The translations under genes and the position numbers were made by a program. Source: Trichoplax adhaerens (Eukaryota; Animalia; Placozoa). From it: 64,000 bases of DNA. This document shows, in pieces, positions 1 to 14,600 of this stretch. The first letter of the stretch is position 1. Every line of letters starts with the position of its first letter. The stretch lies in assembly GCF_000150275.1 (NCBI RefSeq), contig NW_002060943.1, positions 367,077 to 431,076 on the forward strand, in the 5' to 3' direction. The notes below the pieces were generated by a model that was not told the origin of the DNA, did not search any database, and saw nothing but the letters and a program-made list of their open reading frames with translations.

Positions 1-425
1 CGTAGATATAGAGGCAACTTCTCACGTCCATTTACAGTAAGTAAAATTGTTTCCAAAAATAGCTCTGTATGAATAGCGATAAACACTTCGTAAGATGAAA
101 ATTGGTAGCTTCTTCTGAAATGGTCTTAATCCATTAATACTGTAATAATTAAATAACTCTACTTATCTTGCAACCTTGACATCGATATAATATCTGATTA
201 TTAATTATGCATACAGTATATAGGTAGTTGTTCGTTCGTAAATAACTGCAAGCATACGGTAGTTAAAATTTGCATTTATTGGAGCATTCTCGTAAACTGT
301 GTAAAAGCTATTACATCGATGCACGGTAAAATAGGCTAGACATAGATTTCGCTCGATCGTCAGTTAGTTTTAAGATTAGTAGTGTGATAGTGATATTCTA
401 CATAGACTACGAGCTAATGTTGTGA

Positions 426-2229
426 ATGAAATCTTACATGAAGAGAGGTGGACAAAATTCAAGCCGAAATTATAATTCAAAACAGCCTATTAAAAGGAAG
501 AGATCAGAAAACGAAGAGACCAGAGATAAAAATGATTATTCTTTTAGTGTAAGTTTCAGCAATAAAGAGTTAAAGTCTTACAATATTGCGATGGTATTAT
601 CATTTAAGGTCTAAAATATCCAAATGCTCTCATCGGTCTAGGGGGAAGAAAAAGTTTCTAAAGCTAGCCATATCAAGGTTAGCTCAATTCATCATGTTGA
701 AGCTGTCTCTATCTATAATTCATTTATATTTGTATATAGACCAATTAGGTGATATTAATACTATATAAAATCTAGGCTTCATTTACTTCACGATTTAACG
801 TAAAACTTGATTCTCCTGAAGATATTAAAGCATGGCGTGAACAAAGAAGAAAGTTAGTTATGATACTAATATACATGTACAGCATATTCATTTTACTCTA
901 TTAAATGCATTATTGGCCAGGAATAGTCGAGAAAGTGACAAGTAGAGCATAATATAACTAATCATGTGTTTTAAATTTTGAAAGGAATTACCCAACAGCT
1001 GCTAACGTTGAGAAAAAGAAGCAAGAAGCTCTAGACAGAATTGAACGCGGTGAAATCATACCAGAAAAATCGAAAAGGTTTAGCTTAATTAAGACTCTGT
1101 GCAATTTTGATTAATTTACTAATTGTCTTGGATATATTTTAGATACTTAGGTCGAAGTAAACATCATAAAGGAAGAGGACAAAGGGGTAGAGGATATAAA
1201 TTTCAAAATAGAAATAATAGAAGAAGAGACAATTTCTCTGATGGACGGAAAAGGCAAAATAAAGGAATCAATCAAAGCGGCTTAGATTCAACCTTCAAGG
1301 GCGACCCCTTATCGATGTTAGCTGATGAATGTGGTAGTAACAATTCTGATGGTAAATTTACTTGGCAATGCCTTAAAAAGTTAAGATATTTACAACTTAA
1401 ATTTTGAATTAATTTAAGTTGAACAAACCTTTTACTTAGATGAATCGTCACGTGAAAGACCTGTTGGTCCCGACACAAATACTAAATCTGCCCCTCCGGT
1501 TCAATTATCGTCTGGTCTTACAACGTTGATGACTTCGTATAACAGCGAAGATAGTTCTGAGAATGATGAGAGTTCTATTAGTAAGTTATAAAGTCAATTT
1601 ATAATTACTTGGATATTTATTATTTCTAGCCTTGCTCTAGAAATGACATACATAATAGATCGCACCACTATGGGCTGTGTACCTAACGTATGCATGTAGG
1701 AATATGTTGTTTCTTTTTGCATTAAATTATTTAAGTGTCGTTCGTATCTGCTCCAATAGACAAATTCTCAACGGTTCTAAATGCTGACCTAAAAGCCCGT
1801 AGCGGTAATACTGACGAAATTAAGCGTGCTAAAGAAATTGTCAATAATTCAAAGCAAGAACGGCGATCAAATAATCGTCCCGAGGTAATTTTTTTATCAT
1901 TTAAACCTAAAATTATTGGCTGAAGAATCAAGTAAGATGAGTATATTTTTATTCATTTATTATAGTGGATGAAAGCAGCAGTAAATTCTAAACTAAAGAA
2001 TTTTAGGAAGCCAAGCCTTCTTGAAAAAGTAACATTTTTTTTATTGTATTCGATCCATTCATTTTATACAATTACTTGATACTGACTTGCTTAATATCTG
2101 TGTTATTATTCGTAGTTACTAGCGCCAGAGATTCAGCGTGAAAGAAATATCATAATGCAGTGTGTACGATATATTGTCAAGAACAATTTCTTTGATCCCG
2201 TAAAAGACACCGATGCAAATAACCATTAA
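426..2229 (+). CDS. NUFIP1: NUFIP1/Rsa1-family box C/D snoRNP assembly factor, about 8 exons
   Basis: Spliced translation gives KLDSPEDIKAWREQRRKNYPTAANVEKKK (exons ~776-852 and ~985-1078) and C-terminal KPSLLEKLLAPEIQRERNIIMQCVRYIVKNNFF, both NUFIP1 hallmark motifs. ATG at 426 has an in-frame TGA immediately before it; TAA ends at 2229. Introns are GT-AG. Confidence 0.88.
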
Positions 2230-3907
2230 ATTAAGGTAATTTAATGACTCTGAAAAGATGCTATCATCACTTCCTTTTCCCTAATTAGGAGAAAAAAATT
2301 TACGTTATCTATCTACGATAATTATATAAGATACCCCTATTTTGGGATTCAAGTATTATAAATTGAATTAAACAATATTATAGATAAATCGTGATAGCCC
2401 TGGAAAATAATCAAAATCTGTTATATGAGATTATCACGATATTATTTTTAACTGATTTGCCGAGCACTTTATTTTAGTACTTGTATAATAATTATGAATT
2501 TTTCATCTTTAAAGATTCAAGAATTGTATAAATCACATGCACGTTCTTCTTCAAGTAAAATGCCTGTATATTTACGACACTGGACTTGTGAATAAAATTG
2601 ATTTATCCTGTGCTTGCTAAATCTTATTCACTCAATTTAATGCTAATATTATACGATGTGTTCCGTTAACAGCAAGCACACACATCATATACGTTCTACA
2701 ACTTGCAAATCAACCAAAATGCAGTGCCTGAGCCATCTAATACTAGTACACTTATAAAGTCAGTAACAGCACAACCAGGAGAAGCTTGTTGTAATATAAT
2801 GGAATGGCTATTAATAGTAAATAATGAAGAAATTTTCCGGATTTCGTATTATACGTCTGAAATTTAGTTCGAGGAACAGTGTCGACGCCAGTGATACTCT
2901 GTATTCAGGGATTACTAGAAAATCTATTAATATTTCTAGTGTTTCTATTGAGTATCTGCCTTTAGAAATCCTGTATAGTACATTTATAGGGAGTTCTGTT
3001 GTGATGACTTTCATTCTTAATATCTGCCCAACTGTTATTAAAATCGGCATTTTTGGTCATATTGCGCGATGAATGAAATAGATAGGATAGGTCTTAATAT
3101 ACTAAAAAAAATAGCTGTAGCTCGAATAACACTTTTGCAGTCAAATTAACTATTGACATTAATATACAGTAGAGTTATGCTAAGTATTATAGGTCAATAT
3201 ATATATCTGTATTGACTTATGTACATATATATATGTGTATAAGTCGATATCATGACTATGACTTTACAGTACAGCAGCTATTATCCCAATTCCAACTTGC
3301 ATCATTTGATTCGCCTTCTGGCATTACAAATGATGGCATAAAATAAATGCTGCTTTCCTAACAATAGTTCGGCCATTAGCCAATTTCTATCCGCTTGTTA
3401 TAGTTTTGTACCCTATGATTTGTACGATATCTTACATAGACTACTTGAGTGATATTAAATCTTTTGTCATAGCCAAATGAATGAAAATTAAATCATCGGA
3501 TGATTCCTATCCTGAAACAACATTTATAGTTCAAACAACACTTTTTATCAGCCAAGTTAAGCATTGATATCAATGTGGGATGATACTAGATGTTATAGCG
3601 AATATCTTGAACATGATTTTGGAGCAGTTACTTTTATAAATTCAATTTCCTATCGTTCAATTCGCCTTTGGCTCTATCAATACAAGTAGAAAACAAATGC
3701 TGCCCAAACCGATGAAAATTGGCCTATTTCGATCCGCTTGTGTTTTTGTATGTAAACTAGGTGCTGTACGGTAACAGCAGTACGCATGCACCAACGATTT
3801 GTAGACCTCTGGTGTGATCCAAGACTGCACATCGCTGTATCATACGGAAGCCTAATCATACTGCTATTGTACCATACACTATAGTATCCCATGGCTACCG
3901 TTAGCAC

Positions 3908-3974
3908 TACAGTACAATTTACAGTACAATACTGTACAGTTTACAGTGCGTAGTACTGTAATATACAGTACAGT
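3908..3974. promoter_or_regulatory. TACAGTA/TACTGTA-rich proximal promoter region of NCBP2
   Basis: Dense TACAGT/ACTGTA motifs end about 60 nt upstream of the NCBP2 ATG. The ATG sits in CAAGATGGCG, a YY1-like/Kozak context. Promoter function is inferred from position. Confidence 0.5.
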
Positions 3975-4035
3975 TCTCTAGAGCCGTAGTTGCCATCACA
4001 CATTGCCTAGCTGAGAGCTTTCCAAGGACATCAAG

Positions 4036-5502
4036 ATGGCGAGTTCTATTGAAGCTGCCGTTGATAGTGTTAGCTTGAGCGCTTACAGAGATCAACAGTT
4101 TAAGGTTAGTAATGATTAAAATACATTAGAAATCTGTTGAGAATTGGCCAAGGTATTGCTAGGATAGATTTATTTAATCCTTCCTTGTACTAATTTAAAA
4201 ATCGCTGTGAAGCATACTGCGTTGATCAGTAAGCCGTCGCAGAGTTCATCATTGTACTATGGCCACCAATCTTACATAGCGAAAGCTTAACAGTATTATA
4301 ATCGCATCGATGCTAATATTGTCTATATTATCTTACTAATAATTTAAGCGTACAGTACCTTACTACTTTATAATAGTAATTGTCTACTAAAGATTGCAAA
4401 TCCGTAACTTTGCCCGTACCTATTGCATGCTATCTTGGCTTTACGTAGAGTACGTACTCTACCTTAGACTTGTACCACGCTACTAGAAGCTACCGAAAGC
4501 GTGTTGAAACGTTTTGTGATTACAGTCTAATTAATTTACCAGTAATATACTACGTGCATCGATGTGATCAACAGATTGATAAATTGTACTTGGTATATTC
4601 TACAGCTATCGTGATATAAAATTTTGCAATGATACGTAAATGGTAGTATACGAGCTATAAAAGAAATTTCTTATTTTAGGGCACCGTAACTGAACAAGAA
4701 TCCAAATTAAAATTGACATGTACAATGTACGTTGGCAATTTATCCTTCTACACTACTGAATCTCAATTATATGAAGTGTTTTCTAAAGTTGGTGATGTGA
4801 AGAGAATTGTAATGGGACTTGATCGCTTCAAAAAGACGCCATGTGGTTTTTGTTTTGTTGAATATCCTTTAACTTGATTACGAACAAAATGCAGTATATC
4901 TACATCTGTACAACTATATCTGATCATCTTGAATAGATCCTACATATTATGTTACATTTTAAAACGTTGTCAGAACTTCTGTATGAAATCATAATATTTT
5001 CTTAACCTTAAGCTTACATATGACACCAGAGAAGAAGCTGAGATGTGTATGAGATACATAAATGGTACTAAAATTGATGATAGGATTATTAGAACCGATT
5101 GGGACGCAGGATTTATAGAAGGTCGACAGTATGGACGTGGAAGAAGTGGTGGACAGGTAACTATGAACACATTTGATATCATTTCCTTAGTTGCCTCTAT
5201 AGGCATAATGTTATGTACGAGAAAGCTCGGGAAGTGATGGATTCAGTAATAATAGTAGTATTTGATATATATATTTTAGCTAATTAACTTTCAATACAGT
5301 ACTGAAGAAGCTTAGAAGAATTCGATATTATAAACTTTTCAATATTAAAGATACTTATTTACGGTACTTATGATCAAAAATTTTTTAATTTTATATTTAG
5401 GTTCGTGATGAATGTCGGCAAGATTTTGATGCAAATCGCGGTGGTTTTGGACAACTCTTGGCCAAAGGTGGATTTAGCGAAACATCTTCGTTGCATCATT
5501 AG
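4036..5502 (+). CDS. NCBP2: Nuclear cap-binding protein subunit 2 (CBP20), 4 exons
   Basis: Exons ~4036-4104, 4680-4861, 5018-5156 and 5401-5502 give [39 protein letters not shown] and [29 protein letters not shown], nearly identical to animal CBP20. Confidence 0.97.
4862..5017 (+). other. U12-type (minor spliceosome) AT-AC intron in NCBP2
   Basis: 5' end ATATCCTTT at 4862, branch-point-like TTCTTAAC at ~4999-5006, terminal AC at 5016-5017. Removing it restores FCFVE/YDTREEA in frame. Confidence 0.95.
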
Positions 5503-6177
5503 GGATAATCCATGTTAACCTTGCCCAACTACTATATCACAGCATTTGAATAGCAAGAAATTCTATGCAATCTGGTTTATAAACAATGTAATATTCTGAC
5601 GGCCGAAATAGAATTGATACCTATATCGTTAACGATTTTTTGTTTCTAATATCATAATGGATTACACTTACTAGTCAGTAATGATCTAGTAATGTTATCT
5701 ACATGATGACGATGTGTGGCACACGTTAAGTAACAATATGCAAAAGTGCCATGTCCTTGTATTTAATAATTTTTATTATTAACTGATGTATCTATGCTGT
5801 ACCAGTCTTGATGCCAATTTCTAAAACAAGAGTGCACTCGCATAATAGTGCACAATTATGATAAAAGATAGTAGCTACATCGCTGATGTACACTTCGACA
5901 GTAGCTTTAAATAGTTATTTTTTATTCATTTTTGTCACAAATCTCTGTACAAATTATTGCCGAATAGCCCTGAAGCCCTATCACGTCTATCGAGAGTTAG
6001 TATATTTATTAATGAGTATTATACAGTCATTTTCAATGTAATCGTATTAACAGGTTATTGCATCGCTTGCAATTAAAAGTGCGGTGAGCTCTGTTTTTTG
6101 TCGTTTCGTTAGTATCCGTAGTCCTGAGCAATTGTTTTACTGTTTGAATAGTATTTCATGATTTGGAATGATTATCT

Positions 6178-9464
<3,287 letters not shown>

Positions 9465-10359
9465 ATTCTGTTCACAGTAGTTGTGTAATTATCCTAAAAA
9501 TCCAATGCGAATGGGCTGAATTTAAGTTATGAAAAACAGGTAGCGACTTTATCGTCATTGCGATGAGAATATTATAGAGTCATCCAATTTTAAATTTTAT
9601 GACACGATTTGCATACTATCAAGAGCGATATCTCGACTTGTACCACTTACTTAAGTTACAAAAAAATTCAATGGCCAAGAATATAGTAATAAGGTAGGGT
9701 TTTATGCTTTTCTCTTGCAATAATTGAGACTTTGGCACTGTTAATTTAAGACTCGTCTATAAATGAGTAAAGATTCACTTTTGTTAATAAAATAATTAGG
9801 TACAATAAATTGAGTATCGAACGTCAAGATGTAAAAAATGTTGAATCAATTTAGAGCTGATTTGCGTTTATGATGTAGTATATAAAATTTATTTTATTTA
9901 TAATTTACTCTACGCTCGTATGTTACAATATGTCAATATTACAATCGAGCGAGATGCACCCTACAATGTTTATAATCTAAGTATTCGACAGTATTTGTAT
10001 GGATTGGCGATATATCATGTAATCAAGATGTTTAATATCATTTCCCATTCAAAAAGCAATACTGGATGATATTTTGATTGTTGATGGCTACGTTACAGCT
10101 TTGTGTTGACTACGTTACCTACTGCTGTCATAGCCCGATAGATGGTTTGTTATTTTAATGGCGGAATAGTCATAATTAATCAAGCTATCCTTTGATGATA
10201 GCTCTTGGTACATACCGCATATCAGAGTTTGTAAAATGCTGCAATGTGTCAAGTTTATAACCCACTAATTTCCATGATAAGTCTAGGCGATGATAACGCA
10301 AGCATCAATCAAGAAGAAATTTATTTTTCTGTATTATAATATGACTTATCTCCGGAATA

Positions 10360-11330
10360 GTATACTGTATCAGTTTATTGCTATACTGCCATAGTATACA
10401 GTACACTAGTATGCTATGTTCTACACAAGATGGACTAGCAATTCTACCATGTCTAATTGTCCATCGCTATAATCTCTACTGTATAAAGAGGCGAAGGGTT
10501 TGCAATCGGTTTGACTAATTGGAATTTGTTACCATAGTTACGCCGGCGACTACTGTGCTGTATTCCAGGAGAGAGGGACACAGTACCGTACTTACAGTAC
10601 AGTACAGTACTGTACTGTAGATCAGTTACTACTGCCGTAATACGTGGTGTACAGTACTGCATACAGTAGTGTCTATTGGAGTATAATAATGATATCTTTC
10701 TTTGAATAGCACAACGAAGAGAGAGAAAGACGTGTTCTACGTTATTTGCTCTTGCACTAGTGGATAGCGAAATTGATCGCTTGGAAAATGTCCTCCAAGC
10801 AAGCTGGCTTGCATCGTTGGACAGTACAGAGTACTGTAGTGTACAGTATACAGTACTGTAAGACTGCAGTCGTCCATGCAACGGGTGAATTGACTTGTCG
10901 GCTGAGCTGTCTCGACAAGGGCCCCAATCACGGCGTACCATACAGTACACTACGTCACTATTGGCGTAGTCACCCGTTGCTGTAGTGGTGATACTTGAAA
11001 GCATTCTGTCAGTACTAGACACAGTATGGCCTAGGTGCGAGAAATGGACACTGACTCACTTTTGATCGATGGTTTGACATAGTGACGCGATCCACATACA
11101 GAATGACCTAGTGACCCACCCACCAATCAGCTTTCTCCGTGTTTGAGTAAGCCCCACGTCAGCGATGTAGCGTCAGTGGAGAGTGGGAACGTGCCAAGAG
11201 TGAGTGAGTCGCAGATTTGAGTGACCCTCTACCCCACCCCACCCTACGTCGGGCGTGTAGCGTCATCGAGAGTGTGAGTGAGTCAGAGTGAGTGACTCAA
11301 GGATTAATTAATTAATTAATTAATTAATTG
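10360..11330. promoter_or_regulatory. Divergent promoter region between ANKRD42 and calpain
   Basis: Lies between head-to-head genes. TACAG/CTGTA concatemers at 10360-11025. AP-1 heptamers (TGACTCA ~11052, TGAGTCA ~11279, TGACTCA ~11293), CACCC boxes and a (TTAA)6 tract at 11304-11327. Confidence 0.55.
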
Positions 11331-11642
11331 CAAGTGTCGAATGGCTGGAGGACAGCTGGATCAACTCCACTTTTAAATCTACTCCTATGAACTTGGACGA
11401 AAGATAATCCATTTCTTGTTGCCTTTTTGATTGGATAAAGTAGCCTAGTGTATCAACGAATCAATCATTAAAATAGTAATCTATTCAATTCATTAATATC
11501 CATCTTGATACTGCTATTATTATTGGATCAACGACAAAGACCCAGCGTAGAAAACGATTCAAGAACTGTCATTGGTGTCGTCGACGATCTTGATATTTTA
11601 GTGAATGTTGGTGGTTTAGCTTAGTCACAGACTGATTGAATC

Positions 11643-14600
11643 ATGTTCAAAGCAGGTTATACTGCATATTTAGGGCAAAATTATACCGAATTAAAGAAAA
11701 AAGCCAAAGAAAGTGGTAAACCTTTTGCTGATGCTGAATTTCCTGCTGATCGAAGTAGTTTATTCGTGTCCAAAGATAAACAAGTATCAGGACCATTGGA
11801 ATGGAAACGACCTACGGTAAGGATCAACATGCAAGCAAATAAATCCACCCATCATCATCCATCATCCACTGACTGGAGTCGTTACTTTTATCTGTATTCA
11901 TTCTTTGATATTGTAACTATTTCTAGGTTGATAAGTAAGACAGCTCGAAATAGATATTGCAATCTGTTCATTGCAACATATTTTAAGGAGTGGTTGTTGT
12001 TATTTCCTTCGACTGTATTTGCACTATCCTTAAATTGGCATCAAACAACTTGACACGCTTTGTTGTTATACGTATACGCATTACTTTTTGCTAGGATAGA
12101 AAGTTCCCTTTATCGACGGCATAATCGACGTGTCATAAAATATAGATAGAACAAGGAGTTAATGTAATTTAATAATTAATGAATTGTCGCCCTGCCCAAT
12201 ATAAATGGATAAAAATGATGATACTCTTTTAGACAACGTATTCATCGATCATCAAGTCAACTTACAATACATCGTAGGCATCGTCAATTGATGTAGAAAA
12301 AACTTTTACCTATTAATACCTGAACAAGCAGTTAATGTAATTTAATAATAAATTAATTGTCGTCCTACTCCATAGACGCGTAAATGGATAAAATGATACT
12401 CTTTTTTTAGAGAACGTATTCATCGATCACCAAGTCAAATTACAATACATCGTAGGCATCGTCAATGGGTGTAGAAAAACTTTTCTTTTTTACTTGTGAA
12501 TACCTTTACTTTAATAGATGCTTGTATTTTTGATGGCATTATACAATTGGCGATAATAGGTACTTGTACCAATAGTTTCAAGATACAAAAAATCATCAAT
12601 TGATCAAAAGTTGTATCTAGTTTTCAACTTCCTGTTTACTCGGTAGCATATTTCATTTCTCATCACTTTTTGTACGGAGATGATGATTCATCTTGATCAC
12701 AATCTACGTAATTGTACAGTAGTAAAGCGATTGGATCCTTTTTACTAGCACGTATTCAAGACTAGACTTGCAATTTCCTACTCTACTTATCAACAATTTC
12801 ACTTTGTAATGATCATACGCGTACATAATAACAACTGGGAATAATATTAATTATTATCAAAAAGAAAAGTGATCGATGACCGATAATGACCAGTTAGTGG
12901 TAATGTAGGTACCCTATCACGTATTTTATGATTATCAGTTAGGTAATGAAATGACAAAATAGTAACCAAACGCTAAAACGGCTTTTATTGTTTATTTAAT
13001 ATATTATTTAATCCGGATACCATGCATACTCAGAGACGACACAACGGAGTCTAATTTTCTATCCGATTTACAGTCACAGTCAACTTCATCTATCTACTGT
13101 ACTTTTTTTACAATGTTAATGTATCAAAGTAAATCATGAATGTTAATAATAGAAATGTTAGATTGGTGTATGATGATGCAGTATGACTGTTTGAGTATTC
13201 AAGAAGAAACTAGGATAACCAACTTGTATCACCTATACTCTACTGTCTTATCATGAACGATTGTGGCTGAAAAAGGGTCTGATATTGAATTTCAGCTTGA
13301 CTTCCAAATAAATATTGAGCTTTTTTAATAGATTAAATAGCGGTCTGTATGCCTTAGGCATAGGTAGACAAAAGTAACTAATCCTGAATAGGAATTTTTA
13401 TTTCACTATCAATCTTATTAATACTGCTCTTAACCTCTATAGACTAAATAAGGTTAACATAATCTTCGAATCAAATCTCAAGTAATTTGACACTTTGCAA
13501 CGTCAATGCTATATCTTATAGCTTCTTACTCCTTGAACACTGTAGATTGATTCTTCTTAGTGCTATCGTCAATTTTCTACAATATGACTCCAGCATACCG
13601 GTAAATGAAGGTGTACATGGCTACACTCTAATTTTAATCGCTTTTAGCAGACCATGACAGGAAAAAAAAATATTAATAAGACAATTTTATGAAAAAAGAG
13701 TAAACCTTTCAACAGAAATGCTGCTATTTTACCGTCATTTTCTATGCCTTATTTGACACCATCCTGTATTACTTACTGATAGTATAATAATAATGTATGC
13801 ATTAAATAATTATTTCGCTTAATATGTTATATTTCATGTCATGAATGATAGGAGATTACCGATAATCCAAAATTTTTTGTCGATGGTACCAGCCCTAGCG
13901 ATGTAACCCAAGGCCATCTGGGTAATTGCTGGTTTGTGGCAGCATGTGCTTCGCTCTCGCAAGAGAAATCACTCGTGAATAAAGTAATTCGATATGTTGG
14001 ATTTATAGTATACCTAAATCTTTCCATTAGTAATAGTTCCTATTCACCGTACATACAGTACTTGTATAATACTGTATAATTGATGAATATAAATAATTAT
14101 TTTATTTTGTCTATTAATTCACTAGGTGATTCCTAACGTAGGTGAACAAGATTACGACACCAGCGATGGAGAACACAGTGGGATCGTCCATTTTCGTTTC
14201 TGGCGTTTCGGTGAATGGGTAGACGTTGTTATAGATGACCGTTTACCAATGGTAGATGGAAAACTTATTTACGTGCATTCCAAGCAGAAAAATGAATTTT
14301 GGAGCGCATTGCTAGAGAAAGCTTATGCAAAGTATGTTCCCTGTTACATAGCTTACGTAACTTATGGAAATTAGTCATCAACGTTAATTACTGTTATGTA
14401 TATTCAAAAACCAATTACTAATTATATAATGTGATCTCCCTTTAAAAACTGGTTCTATAGACCCAGCTTCAGTATAAAATTGGATACTTAATTGCTTGTA
14501 TTCTTTGTTATAATCTTATTACGTGCATCTATCTTAGGCTCGCAGGCTCCTATGAATCATTAGAAGCCGGTAACACTGCCGATGCTCTCGTTGACTTTAC

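Noticed and set aside
10453-11022. 189-aa minus-strand ORF
   Set aside because: It lies in the motif-rich promoter block, the translation is dominated by QYSTVLYC pentamer products, and no homology is recognisable.
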